Shown in pieces: positions 1 through 12,292 of a stretch of DNA of 64,000 bases. The notes beneath the pieces are model-generated. The model searched no databases. It saw only the letters and a list, made by a program, of their open reading frames with translations, and was not told the DNA's origin. Source of the DNA: Eledone cirrhosa (lineage: Eukaryota); assembly GCA_964016885.1 (NCBI GenBank), contig OZ024743.1:11470001-11534000 (forward strand), written 5' to 3'. Position 1 is the stretch's first letter, and each line of letters begins with the position of its first letter. Position numbers and translations under genes: made by a program.

Positions 1-3000
1 GACTTGGACAAACCGCATAGGGTCATCCAGATCATATCTAGATAGAGTATTTTGTAGGGAAATAGATAGGTCTAGCATAGGCTGTCCACAATTCAAGATA
101 GTCAGCTACACGGACCACAAATTCGTGACCTGTGTGCTTGACTTAGATAGGCTTCATAGACGAGGACCCGGCTACTGGAAGCTAAACGCGTCCTTACCAG
201 CGCGCAAGGCCTACAGAGACCGGATTAGCGAACTAGTTAAGCGGGCGTTGACGGGGGCCATCGTCAACAACAAGTGGTGGTTTGCTCTGAAAAGAGCGAT
301 TAGAATAGAATCGATTAGGTTTAGTAAGGCTTTAGCAATAGAGAAAAATAGAGCAGAGGGAGAACTAGTTAGAAAATTAGACGAGGCGCTTAGCAAAGGC
401 ATTGCGACCGACGTGCTTGCGGCGAAATTGGCCCTTGACCAATTCTTCAATGCAAAGCACGAAGGCTGCGTTGTCAGAGCTAGGGTGCGTGCTCTCAGAC
501 ACGAGGGGACGAAAGCCGTTCAATGGGCCCGAGTGGCGGAGGCGCGTCGTGGCAACAAAGCCACGATCCGGTCTTTGGTGGACCACGACGGGCGCATGCT
601 ACTCGATCCCGGGCAAATGTGTGAAGCTTTTCAGCGACACTTCGCTCAGCTGTTCGGGGGCAGCGGGGGGCCGGGTAGAGGGATGGACTTTAGTGTCTAC
701 CTCGACGGACTGCCGCGGCTCTCGGCCACTGAGGCGAAGTGTTGCGAAAAGCCGATAACAGCCGCTGAAGTACGGGAGGCAATGACTGGCTGCACAAGGG
801 GTAAATCGCCTGGTTTAGATGGTCTGCCCTATGAACTTTACGTACAGATGCCAGACTTGTTCGGAGGCCTCTTGGCGGACGTCTACTGCAACTGGCAACA
901 GAACGGGAGAATTCCCAGTTCTGTGAGCCGAGGAGCGGTGGCACTGCTGAGAAAGGATCCGAACAAGGGGGATAACATAGACAATTTCCGGCCCATAACT
1001 CTGCTAAACACAGAGTTTAAGATTTTGGCCAAGGTGCTAGCAAAGAGGTTGGCGCTTGTCGTTGGTGGTCTGGTGGGAGAGGCGCAGACATGCGCCATTC
1101 CCGACATATCCATCCACGACAACCTCCACCTCATGCGATACATCGTAGAGAGGGTAGCTAGGGAACCTGGCACGGGTGGGTCCTTGATCAATTTAGATCA
1201 GTCGAAAGCTTTCGATAGGGTCGACCATCGTTACCTAGCGGCAGTCCTGAGGGCGGCTGGCTTTGGGCCCGTCTTCAGAGGCTGGATCGCTGCCATGCAC
1301 AGCGACATCTGCTCTGTAGTGAGAGTGAACGGTCACCTGTCGGAACCGTTCAACATCATGCGCTCGGTCCGCCAAGGATGTCCCCTCTCGTCCCTCTTGT
1401 ACGTATTGACTCTCGAGCCATTACTGCACAAACTGGAGACGTTGAGGGGAGTCCCGCGCGAACTAGAATGCGGAAGATCCGTGTCAGCATATGCGGACGA
1501 TGTCACCGTAGTGGTGTCGAACGCCAAACACATCGAGGCGATCGGCACTACACTAAGAGAATACGAAGCGGTGACAGGAGCAATGATCAACCAGGAAAAG
1601 TCAGTGGGCCTGCAGCTCGGCACCTGGAGAGGCAGGTCCATGCCGTCCAACAGCGTCGTCGGGCGCTGGACAGACGGACCGGTTAAATTGCTAGGGGTCT
1701 GGTTCGGTCCGGACCTCCAGACGGACAAAAACTGGGACGAGGTGACGAGCAGGGTGGCTTCTCTCACCCAGAAATGGGCGGAGAGGAAGCTATCCCTGAA
1801 AGGTCGAGCGGAGGTGGCTAACGCGTACATCGCGTCTGTCATCTGCTACCGCCTAACCGTCGTACCTTGTCCTAAGCCTCGCCTGACTGCGCTGGAGCGT
1901 TTGCTCTTTCGCTTTTTGTGGAAGGGACGCGCTCCGATGGTCAGGCGGTCCATCTGTTGTCAACACCCGCTACGTGGAGGGCTGGGCATGCCGTGGCTGA
2001 TGATGCGCAGGCACGCGCTCAGGCTACGACATCTCCACCTCTTCCTCGACGGTGATCAGGTGTGGTCGCCGTTTGCTAGACGCGTTTTTCCCCAGCTCGT
2101 TTCCTTGACGGAGCTGCAGTCCTGGGTCAAGCGAAGACCGAGAGGGAGCGCCTGGAGACTGGAATGTCTTCAGGCGCTCACAGCCCTCGACCAATCGGGC
2201 AATGTGATCGGTGGAAACTCCACCTCGGCGTTCTATAGAGGATTAGTGGAGGGGAAGAGCGACGACGTACTTGGGGAAACTCTAGGCGTCGACGAAAATC
2301 AACTAGCCAATCTCTTCGGAAGAACTTTCGGGCCAGGGCCTATGGACAACTTCCAGAAATCTCTGGCCTGGCAGTGCTACCGAGGAGCCTTGCCAGTTCG
2401 GGATAAACTCTACAGGCATGGAGGTGCCGTCAGCCGGGCATGTCCGAGATGCGCGCAGGGCGACGAAACCGTCCTGCACGCACTCGTCCAGTGTCCGAAA
2501 ATTGCTGACTTGTGGGTTTATGTCGAACACCTGCTGTCGCGTTTAGGACGGATCCAGCTATCATCTGAGTCTATCGTGAGGATTGCCCCGCCCTCCTCCT
2601 TTAGCCGGGAAGGGCAGGCAGTTTTTATCTGTCTGGTGGCCATGGCGAAAGAGATAGTATGGTGGACACGTTTGAAAGGGCTGAAGACGAGCACTTACCT
2701 CTTCGGTGATGCTCTGATTGACTTTTTCAAATTTCATTTGAAAAGGAAAATCAGAGTAGAGAAGGAAGTGCTCTCTTCCCAGCATTTTGTTGAAAGATGG
2801 GTGAGAGAAGCAAGAATGGCCCGAGTGAATGGGCCGACTCTGAGTATATATCTGTAAACTAAAGGTGGAAAACTGGGAGAGGGCACTTGCCTTGGTGGTC
2901 AGGGTCATTGTGGCTTTTTACTGGGCTTTCTCCACAAATGTCCCTCCGAAGTCTCCCCCCTATTGGGGAATTTTTCATTGTTATTTTCATTGTTATTTTT

Positions 3001-3118
3001 GTTACATCCTCTGTTTTTGTTTTTTTTACACGCAGAAATGCCCATTTGTACCGTCCTGCATTGTCCTGCACTGTCCTTAATGTCTACTTTATGTAAACCC
3101 TTGTGGTTAATAAAGAAA

Positions 3119-3184
<66 letters not shown>
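1..3184 (+). mobile_element. Tx1-like LINE 3' portion including 3'UTR and (ATT)n tail
   Basis: ORF2 followed by ~260 bp UTR, AATAAA near 3109 and (ATT)~21 at 3121-3183; a second UTR copy is at 36.1-36.34 kb. Confidence 0.9.
2..2857 (+). CDS. L1/Tx1-clade non-LTR retrotransposon ORF2 (C-terminal end of APE endonuclease, reverse transcriptase, zf-RVT); 5' part lies upstream of the window
   Basis: Frame is open from base 2 (TWTNRIGSSRSYLDRVF...YTDHKFV, APE C-terminal motifs), then GPGYWKLN, KSPGLDGLPYELY, NFRPITLLNTEFKILAK, LDQSKAFDRVDH, VRQGCPLS, YADD, GGLG, CPRC..ETVLHALVQC. No internal stops. Confidence 0.95.
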   Translation, partial: TWTNRIGSSRSYLDRVFCREIDRSSIGCPQFKIVSYTDHKFVTCVLDLDRLHRRGPGYWKLNASLPARKAYRDRISELVKRALTGAIVNNKWWFALKRAIRIESIRFSKALAIEKNRAEGELVRKLDEALSKGIATDVLAAKLALDQFFNAKHEGCVVRARVRALRHEGTKAVQWARVAEARRGNKATIRSLVDHDGRMLLDPGQMCEAFQRHFAQLFGGSGGPGRGMDFSVYLDGLPRLSATEAKCCEKPITAAEVREAMTGCTRGKSPGLDGLPYELYVQMPDLFGGLLADVYCNWQQNGRIPSSVSRGAVALLRKDPNKGDNIDNFRPITLLNTEFKILAKVLAKRLALVVGGLVGEAQTCAIPDISIHDNLHLMRYIVERVAREPGTGGSLINLDQSKAFDRVDHRYLAAVLRAAGFGPVFRGWIAAMHSDICSVVRVNGHLSEPFNIMRSVRQGCPLSSLLYVLTLEPLLHKLETLRGVPRELECGRSVSAYADDVTVVVSNAKHIEAIGTTLREYEAVTGAMINQEKSVGLQLGTWRGRSMPSNSVVGRWTDGPVKLLGVWFGPDLQTDKNWDEVTSRVASLTQKWAERKLSLKGRAEVANAYIASVICYRLTVVPCPKPRLTALERLLFRFLWKGRAPMVRRSICCQHPLRGGLGMPWLMMRRHALRLRHLHLFLDGDQVWSPFARRVFPQLVSLTELQSWVKRRPRGSAWRLECLQALTALDQSGNVIGGNSTSAFYRGLVEGKSDDVLGETLGVDENQLANLFGRTFGPGPMDNFQKSLAWQCYRGALPVRDKLYRHGGAVSRACPRCAQGDETVLHALVQCPKIADLWVYVEHLLSRLGRIQLSSESIVRIAPPSSFSREGQAVFICLVAMAKEIVWWTRLKGLKTSTYLFGDALIDFFKFHLKRKIRVEKEVLSSQHFVERWVREARMARVNGPTLSIYL

Positions 3185-3185
<1 letters not shown>

Positions 3186-3191
3186 CCCCTT

Positions 3192-3256
3192 CTCTGAGTT
3201 CCCGCCGAGGTTAACTTTACCTTTCATCCTTACGGTCTCGATAAAATAAAGTACCC
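3192..3256 (+). mobile_element. SINE family 1, truncated fragment
   Basis: ctgagttc..cgccgaggttaactttacctttcatccttacggtctcgataaaataaagtacc matches the multi-copy SINE core. Confidence 0.75.
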
Positions 3257-3257
3257 A

Positions 3258-4056
3258 TTTTGGGGTGGGTGAAAGATATCGTCTCTTCTGAAAATGGGCA
3301 TAGCTTTCATTATGTAAAATCTTTCCATTTTGCCTTATTTCTCCCTGTTTTCGGGCACTTTTTCATGGTACTCCCCGTTTGGGTTTTTAGAAGTTGGCAG
3401 GTCTACTATTTTGTGGTCTCAGCTTGTGAAAGCTGGGCAGATCTTTTATGAGGTGCCTAGGTTATAAATGAATGTTTCTTGTGAGCTGAAGTTTTAAAAG
3501 AAATAAAGAATGACATAATTTGGTTGCTGTGGATTTGAATTCAGAATGTAAAGAGTCGTAATGAAATACTGTAATGCAATTTCATCTGATGCAATAATGA
3601 TTGTCAATTCCACCACCCTTAACCACATATATAATATTGTTAAAAAGCTACACCCCAAGGATTACGTTTCATCGTTAGTTCTAGAAGGAAAAAAAAATGC
3701 CTTGAAACACGTTCCTTGGGGTCTCAACTTTACTCACTTTTCTTCTCAAAACAAGAACAAAGAACAAAAATATATTTAAAACACAAACAAAAAAGTTAAC
3801 CAAAGAAGCTGCTCGAAAAATTCCCATGGGAAATAGAATGTCCACAGAATATTCTGGAGTCCCTCAAAGCACCAAAACCCAGCAACAAGTTTAATTGGAA
3901 TAATTGCAGACTTGCCAACCTCTAAAAACCCAAACGGGGAGTATCATGAAAAACAGTGCCCCAAAACGGGTAGAAATAAGGCAAAATGGGCAGATTTTAC
4001 ACAATGAAAGCTATAGCCATTTTCACAAGAGAAGACATCTCTCACCCACCCCAAAA
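3258..4056. repeat. Pair of ~150-bp diverged inverted repeats (3258-3406 / 3906-4056), probably DNA-transposon/MITE ends
   Basis: tggggtgggtgaaag...gttggcaggtcta is the reverse complement of cagacttgccaac...cacccaccccaaaat, with scattered mismatches. Confidence 0.7.
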
Positions 4057-4549
4057 TCTTCCCGTCCGACAGGGAGAGTCAACAGAAAGGCTAATAGCAA
4101 CATAGGTGGAATGAAATAGCTTTATTGAAGCCATATCACAATCTGTGGTTGTTGGGAGTCTATCAATTGCTACAGTACAATTAATATTGGAAATGTCAGA
4201 AAGAAGATTAAAAAAAAAAACCCGCGATAACCCAGGCAATTTACTCAATAGTTTGATGTGACATACTTAGCAATAGCCTGAGACATCCATTACAATTTAT
4301 TATGACACTCCCAGTAGCTTGATACGAAATCCTTAGTAGCCTACTTTGACATTTCATAGTGTGTTAAACTCCTGCCTATACATTAAAAGCTACTACATTA
4401 ACCTATTCATGAGAATAATTCTACTGAAATATATTACATGAATAGATTCAACAAAATAACTCAGTTTCTGGTGTTTGAATCTTAACTTAAAAGGTAGAGA
4501 AATTATTACAGGAGGTTTTAATTTAAACATAAATATTTTTTTAGACCGA

Positions 4550-4746
4550 TATTTACTATTATATTTTCACTGTAAAAGACCTTACATACTTATCTCTCAT
4601 AATATCGAATCTATGAGATTTTGATGTTATTTATTTTGAGTACAATACTTTAACATCAGTATGAGTAGCCAGGAACAGCCAGTTTGAACAGAAAGAGGTG
4701 AGAGAATCGTGGCCAGATATGGCTGGTTTAAATGCTAAAGGGTTAA
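4550..4746 (-). mobile_element. piggyBac-type MITE, partial copy
   Basis: Ends aatgctaaagggTTAA; reverse complement aligns by eye with the full copy at 40485-40705. Confidence 0.75.
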
Positions 4747-4763
4747 TAACTATATAAATATTG

Positions 4764-4980
4764 ATTTCTGATTTAGGCACGAGACCAACAATTTGGGAGA
4801 GAGGAAAGTCGATTAAATTGACTTCCAGTACATTACTGGTACTTTATTTTATCGACCCCGTAAGGTTGAAAGATAAAGCTAACCTCGGCTGGATTTAAAC
4901 TCAGACCGTAAAGGGTCTAACTCTATGCCATAAAGCATGTTATCCAACGCTCCACCGATACTGCCAATCCACCGCCCTTA
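4764..4980 (-). mobile_element. tRNA-derived SINE family 1 (A/B boxes, central domain resembling Nin/Deu type)
   Basis: Minus strand reads aagggcggtggattggcagtatcgg (A box) ... ctgagtttaaatcc (B box) ... ctttcaaccttacggggtcgataaaataaagtacc; more than 10 copies in the window. Confidence 0.8.
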
Positions 4981-6039
4981 CTAACTACAAACTAGAAAGG
5001 TTTTCAATGATAGGAGGAAACAGTTTCAGACACATGATAGCATTTGGTATCAACCTACTATCATTGCACTGTATGACTCTCGAAAATATGTAAAATATGA
5101 AGTAAACAAAAGTAAGAAATATTACGATTTAAATATAAAGTCATTAGCATTCGACTAATTACTAAATAACATTAAAAACAATATAAATGATAATATTTCC
5201 TGTATATCTAATAGTTCCTAATTAATAGAACCCAACAACATTTTTATTTAAGAATCATTCTGTTGGTTGTATGTTATGTCGTCAATATAGTTTCTTCGGT
5301 TACTATGTGAAATACTAAACAGCTTTACAACTTTGCTATTGCCATAGTTACATCACAAGCAGTTTTGATTTTAATAGGATGGGCAATATATTTCTGGAGT
5401 ACGTCGTTCTGTTTTAACCAGAATGTGTAATTAAAGGAGAGTATTATCAACGAATGTAGTAAATGACGAAAAAGAATTTCGATAACTCTTAAAATCCTGT
5501 ACCACACGAAACTGCATTAGTTATGCATTCTTGAAAAGTAAAACAGCAGAATAACGGCATTGTATTGACAATTAAATGCTTTACTCTAATACTGGAAATT
5601 CTCACAATGATTTGTCCACTAATTATATAATAAATTAGTAAACCTGTATTTTTTTTTTTTTAGATAATTTCCGCTAAATTATAACAGAGTTACAGAGCTA
5701 TGACTTTCGCAGATCGTCAGTGTCTAAATTATATAGTAAGATACGATACATTGATAACTTACATAGCTGGAGAGAGAGAGAGAGAGAGAGAGACCAATGG
5801 TGTAGTTGGGAAATCTTCGTGTAGGCGTTTGAAATATGTATAATCCACCAAGATTACATCATCAGCGCTTGTCGTAGCACTCCATCGAGACGTCGAATGA
5901 ATCCTCTGGGTCAGATTTTTTTACCCAAGCAGTATCGCTGTTAAATAGAAGGGTTCTTCGGGTGTGGTAAATTAGGTCTAGCTCTTGGTCGCTGATGGAC
6001 CCGAAGGTACGGGCAAAGTTTAAGGCCTTGTCTAATAGT

Positions 6040-6210
6040 TGTTTCTACTTTAGGCACAAGGCCAGCAACTACCCAGTGCCTCACTGGTACTTTATTTTAT
6101 CGACCCCGTAAGGATGAAAGGCAAAGTTAACCTCGGCGGGATTTGAACTCAGATCGTAAAGGGACGTAACTATGCTAGAAAGCATGGCGTCCGACCCTCT
6201 ACCGATACTA
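6040..6210 (-). mobile_element. SINE family 1
   Basis: Same core as 4764-4980. Confidence 0.8.
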
Positions 6211-6211
6211 A

Positions 6212-6495
6212 TGTCACTAACGACTAACCTATGCTGTGGGGTACATTCTTCCCCAGGGTATGATTTAGTATTTGACACCATCTGTCTGTCTCACTGCCTA
6301 ACTAGCAAGAAGTCAATCTGGTTTATGTGCTCACCTGATTTGTAGGCTATTAGGTGGTTGGTAGGCTTCTTGAAGTTAGTGTTGCAAATGGTTAGTGCAT
6401 TTGCATCACAAAATTCAAAAAGTCTCACTCCTTCTTCCTTTCTTGAGCCGTAACCGTGCCCACCATGTACCCCAGTGTAACCATCCTGGTGCTAT
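6212..6495 (-). mobile_element. RTE-type LINE APE endonuclease fragment
   Basis: Translates GVHGGHGYGSRKEEGVRLFEFCDANALTICNTNFKK..HLIAYKSG..QIDFLLVR*..PQHRLVVSD, with a stop. Confidence 0.8.
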
Positions 6496-6568
6496 GTCTA
6501 ATAGTGGTTCACTAATAGAGAGGTAAACATCGGTTATATCGAACTGGGTGAATTTAGCCCTATTCTAA

Positions 6569-7225
6569 GATGAGCTGTTTTTTGAACCAGGGTATAACAG
6601 ATGTATTGTTCAAACAGGCTTGTGTTGTTGATGGTTTGTGTATTTATTTAAAATATTCTGTTCTAGCTGGGTTTATGAATCTGTAGGTTGCCTGATCAGG
6701 TTTGTGATCATCCAAGGTTAGAAAAGCAGCACACTTAACTTTCTATAATTTATAGTTAGTTCATTGGTCACATCTTTAATGGAACTGCTTGTGTCAAATT
6801 TAACTTCCTGATATATATTTGTTATATTGTTCAGTATAAGTTGTTTATATTTATTTCTATCTACTTGATAGAGATTTTTCATTATGTCAGAAAAGACAAA
6901 CACATTTTTATTTTTGACGATCTAAATTTCATGTTTTTTATGAAGTTTTATTTTTTTTTAAGGGATTATGATACTTATGGAATTTAATGTTGGCAACTAA
7001 ATCTAAGAGGTCTGCTTCGAAACCAGTTAAATTCTTAACTCTGAGTGAATACTTAGTTGACTTGAGTTTGAATTCTTTCAGTGGTGGTAGTGGCCATATC
7101 TCCGTCAAAAAGCAGAGCCCTCTATCTCAATCTTCCTACTACATCCTCCACTTTCTTGAGAAACATTTTGGAGGAGGAGAAGTTTGTTGGAGTTGGTATA
7201 ATCTTGGTCTTTGCTACAAAAAATG
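6569..7225 (-). mobile_element. Degenerate Penelope-like element, N-terminal ORF region (repeated at 10100, 13175, partial at 16608)
   Basis: Translates LKKVEDVVGRLR*RALLF..FEADLLDLVANIKF..SDIMKNLYQVDRNKYKQLILNNITNIY..LDDHKP..YRFINP, matching PLE pre-RT motifs (DK..NLY, KDHK, RLINP). Confidence 0.7.
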
Positions 7226-7429
7226 CGCTGGGAGCAATATGTATATGTAGAATATCCGCCGCAGATAAAAGGTCAAGGAACCGCTACTTCACAATACAAT
7301 GGTGGTCATAACTGGACTCCGAAAACCAAGGTCGTGCATGATAAGTTTATGATCTTTAATATAAACTAAATAAACTCTCTTTTACTAGATTGAGTACTGT
7401 TTTTCCTTGACCTTATATCTACAGATATC

Positions 7430-7513
<84 letters not shown>

Positions 7514-8306
7514 GTATATGTGTGTATGTGGGTGGGGTGGGGGCTGTATTTATATAATCTTAAATCCGTTTTTCATGCTGGCATGTGTTGGCCAGGTTGT
7601 CACACTACCAGTGTTGGATAGCCATATCTTGCTCATATATTTCATGTGTTATAGATTCTATAGCTTGATGCTCTTCTTAGCAGCAACGACTTTACAGAGT
7701 GGATTTGGTGCATTTTAATGTGGCACCAACACTACCTCATTATAACACAAGTTCGCTCATTTTGTCTCCTTGACCAGGCTAAGGGGTGGACAGTGATGGA
7801 TGTGGGTTGTAAGATGAGAGGAGGGAGAGCTACGTTGAAAAACACCCAGTCCACCGGAGTCGTGATAAAATGATCTCAGTACACGCTGTAAAGTGGTTGG
7901 CATTAGGAAGGACATCCAGCTGTAGCAAACAAGCTAAACACAGAACGCATGAGCAAGATGTAGTCACCTGACCCGTCTACTCTCTCAGAACGTGACATCC
8001 CGTCTAACCGATTCAATGATGGAAAATGGACATCAAACGGGCGGGTGGTGGTGGGGTGGGGGAGGATACATACACGCCCACACACACATATATATAAAAG
8101 TTTATAAAAAATATATCAGCAGGGGGTATTTAGTCATATAGACAGGGAGTATTTCTACATAAACACTACAATATATAAACAGCATAATGATATATATTAC
8201 ATATGTAGTTTATGATAAATGTTTCCAGAAAATCTGGCAGCACACACATTCAAGTGACTTGACTACAGATCATCCTTCAATCACCCCCATCGCTCTCTGT
8301 GGAGTA

Positions 8307-9222
8307 TTGACCACTCTCCACCATTGTACCCGACCTGGGGCTGCTCTCGCCACTCCACTCCGAGTATAGACCATTGACCACTCTCCACCATTGTACCCGA
8401 CATGGGGCTGCTCTCGCCACTCCACTCCGAGTATAGACCATTGACCACTCTCCACCATTGTACCCGACATGGGGCTGCTCTCTCCACTCCACTCCGAGTA
8501 TAGACCATTGACCACTCTCCACCATTGTACCCGACATGGGGCTGCTCTCGCCACTCCACTCCGAGTATAGACCATTGACCACTCTCCACCATTGTACCCG
8601 ACATGGGGCTGCTCTCTCCACTCCACTCCGAGTATAGACCATTGACCACTCTCCACCATTGTACCCGACATGGGGCTGCTCTCGCCACTCCACTCCGAGT
8701 ATAGACCATTGACCACTCTCCACCATTGTACCCGACATGGGGCTGCTCTCTACACTCCACTCCGAGTATAGACCATTGACCACTCTCCACCATTGTACCC
8801 GACATGGGGCTGCTCTCTCCACTCCACTCCGAGTATAGACCATTGACCACTCTCCACCATTGTACCCGACATGGGGCTGCTCTCGCCACTCCACTCCGAG
8901 TATAGACCATTGACCACTCTCCACCATTGTACCCGACATGGGGCTGCTCTCTCCACTCCACTCCGAGTATAGACCATTGACCACTCTCCACCATTGTACC
9001 CGACATGGGGCTGCTCTCTCCACTCCACTCCGAGTATAGACCATTGACCACTCTCCACCATTGTACCCGACATGGGGCTGCTCTCTCCACTCCACTCCGA
9101 GTATAGACCATTGACCACTCTCCACCATTGTACCCGACATGGGGCTGCTCTCTCCACTCCACTCCGAGTATAGACCATTGACCACTCTCCACCATCGTAC
9201 CCGACATGGGGCTGCTCTCGCT
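8307..9222. repeat. 67-bp minisatellite, ~13.7 copies
   Basis: Unit ttgaccactctccaccattgtacccgacatggggctgctctc(g/t)ccactccactccgagtatagacca; period 67. Confidence 0.97.
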
Positions 9223-9303
9223 ACCTCTGTTGGCTTCCAGATGCAATGAAACAAATACCTCCAATAGATATGAACTCATAACCCATAAGCTGGTAGTCTA
9301 AAG

Positions 9304-9477
9304 CAGCGATCGCCAACCAGCGGTCTGTGGACCACTGGTGGTCCGAGAGAAATGTTGGTGGTCCGCAGAAAAATGTTAATGTATTTATCTTTTTTTTTTT
9401 AAATCATATTAGTAATCCGCGGGATTTAAAATTATGAATTTAGTGGTCCGTGAGGTCTGAAAGTTTGGCGACCTCTG
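9304..9477. mobile_element. hAT (Charlie-like) MITE; copies at ~12374-12547 and ~15803-15976
   Basis: TIRs cagcgatcgccaa / ttggcgacctctg; perfect 8-bp TSD gtctaaag at 9296-9303 and 9478-9485. Confidence 0.88.
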
Positions 9478-10959
9478 GTCTAAAGTATTGTTCACTCAGT
9501 TATTTGGGGATATGGAATGTATATAAAGAGCATTAAATCTTTTATTTTTATTTTATTTTATTTTATTTTATTTTATTTTATTTTATTTTATTTTATTTTA
9601 TTTTGTTCCTTTATAAATCATATGATAACTATGCCTTATAACTATGCCTTATCTCACTTCCCCGAACCACTGCTTCTTTAACTACGCTTGATAACTGGAG
9701 CAAACAACTTACACGGTGAACATTAAAGTAAATTCTGTAAAGAGTAACTTTCCATAAAGATCATCACTGAAATGTAATGATTAAAGTGTTAGCCATGTCA
9801 TGATTATTCTTCATGTGATTGAATACGACAAAATATGTTTAAATAATTTCTAATTTAGGAACAAAGCCAACAATTTGAGGTGAAGGGAAAGTCAATTACA
9901 TCGAGCCCAGTACATGACTGGTACTTTATTTTATCAACCTTGAAAAATGAAAGGCAAAGTTGACCTTGGCAGGATTTTAACTCAGATCGTAAAGGCAGCG
10001 CCGGATTTAGGACAAATGAGGCTCTGTGCTAGTTAAGTTATGATGCCCCTTATTTGGACCCTGAAGGAGGTAAAAACATTTTTTGTCAAGAAGGTCTAGG
10101 ATGAGCTGTTTTTTTAACCAGGGTATAACAGATGTATTGTTCAAACAGGCTTGTGTTGTTGATGGTTTGTGTATTTATTTAAAATATTCTGTCCTAGTTG
10201 GGTTTATGAATCTGTAGGTTGCCTGATCAGGTTTGTGATCATCCAAGGTTAGAAAAGCAGCACACTTAACTTTCTATAATTTATAGTTAGTTCATTGGTC
10301 ACATCTTTAATGGAACTGCTTGTGTCAAATTTAACTTCCTGATATATATTTGTTATATTGTTCAGTATAAGTTGTTTATATTTATTTCTATCTACTTGAT
10401 AGAGATTTTTCATTATGTCAGAAAAGACAAACACATTTTTATTTTTGACGATCTAAATTTCATGTTTTTTATGAAGTTTTATTTTTTTTTAAGGGATTAT
10501 GATACTTATGGAATTTAATGTTGGCAACTAAATCTAAGAGGTCTGCTTCGAAACCAGTTAAATTCTTAACTCTGAGTGAATACTTAGTTGACTTGAGTTT
10601 GAATTCTTTCAGTGGTGGTAGTGGCCATATCTCCGTCAAAAAGCAGAGCCCTTTATCTCAATCTTCCTACTACATCCTCCACTTTCTTGAGAAACATTTT
10701 GGAGGAGGAGAAGTTTGTTGGAGTTGGTATAATCTTGGTCTTTGCTACAAAAAATGCGCTGGGAGCAATATGTATATGTAGAATATCCGCCGCAGATAAA
10801 AGGTCAAGGAACCGCTACTTCACAATACAAAGGTGGTCATAACTGGACTCCGAAAACCAAGGTCGTGCATAAGTTTATGATCTTTAATATAAACTAAATA
10901 AACTCTCTTTTACTAGATTGAGTACTGTTTTTCCTTGACCTTATATCTACAGATATCCT

Positions 10960-10990
<31 letters not shown>

Positions 10991-11778
10991 TATGTGTGTG
11001 TGGGTGGGGTGGAGGCTGTATTTATATAATCTTAAATCCGTTTTTCATGCTGGCATGTGTTGGCCAGGTTGTCACACTACCAGTGTTGGATAGCCATATC
11101 TTGCTCATATATTTCATGTGTTATAGATTCTATAGCTTGATGCTCTTCTTAGCAGCAACAACTTTACAGAGTGGATTTGGTGCATTTTAATGTGGCACCA
11201 ACACTACCTCATTATAACACAAGTCCGCTCATTTTGTCTCCTTGACCAGGCTGAGGGGTGGACAGTGATGGATGTGGGTTGTAAGATGAGAGGAGGGAGA
11301 GCTACGTTGAAAAACACCCAGTCCACCAGAGTCGTGATAAAATGACCTCAGTACACGCTGTAAAGTGGTTGGCATTAGGAAGGACATCCAGCTGTAGCAA
11401 ACAAGCTAAACACAGAACGCATGAGCAAGATGTAGTCACCTGACCCGTCTACTCTCTCAGAACGTGACATCCCGTCTAACCGATTCAATGATGGAAAATG
11501 GACATCAAACGGGCGGGTGGTGGTGGGGTGGGGGAGGATACATACACGCCCACACACACATATATATAAAAGTTTATAAAAAATATATCAGCAGGGGGTA
11601 TTTAGTCATATAGACAGGGAGTATTTCTACATAAACACTACAATATATAAACAGCATAATGATATATATTACATATGTAGTTTATGATAAATGTTTCCAG
11701 AAAATCTGGCAGCACACACATTCAAGTGACTTGACTACAGATCATCCTTCAGTCACCCCCATCGCTCTCTGTGGAGTA

Positions 11779-12292
11779 TTGACCACTCTCCACCATTGTA
11801 CCCGACCTGGGGCTGCTCTCGCCACTCCACTCCGAGTATAGACCATTGACCACTCTCCACCATTGTACCCGACATGGGGCTGCTCTCGCCACTCCACTCC
11901 GAGTATAGACCATTGACCACTCTCCACCATTGTACCCGACATGGGGCTGCTCTCGCCACTCCACTCCGAGTATAGACCATTGACCACTCTCCACCATTGT
12001 ACCCGACATGGGGCTGCTCTCTCCACTCCACTCCGAGTATAGACCATTGACCACTCTCCACCATTGTACCCGACATGGGGCTGCTCTCTCCACTCCACTC
12101 CGAGTATAGACCATTGACCACTCTCCACCATTGTACCCGACATGGGGCTGCTCTCTCCACTCCACTCCGAGTATAGACCATTGACCACTCTCCACCATTG
12201 TACCCGACATGGGGCTGCTCTCTCCACTCCACTCCGAGTATAGACCATTGACCACTCTCCACCATCGTACCCGACCTGGGGCTGCTCTCGCT
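11779..12292. repeat. 67-bp minisatellite, ~7.7 copies
   Basis: Same unit. Confidence 0.97.

Noticed and set aside
125-2857. Bacterial retron, group II intron or DGR reverse transcriptase
   Set aside because: APE domain, zf-RVT and 3' microsatellite tail identify a eukaryotic LINE; the listed start at 125 is internal to the ORF.
5815-5875. Additional hammerhead-like motifs (also ~24115-24160, ~45770-45945, ~46118-46160)
   Set aside because: Core nucleotides are mutated or missing; counted only as decayed copies.
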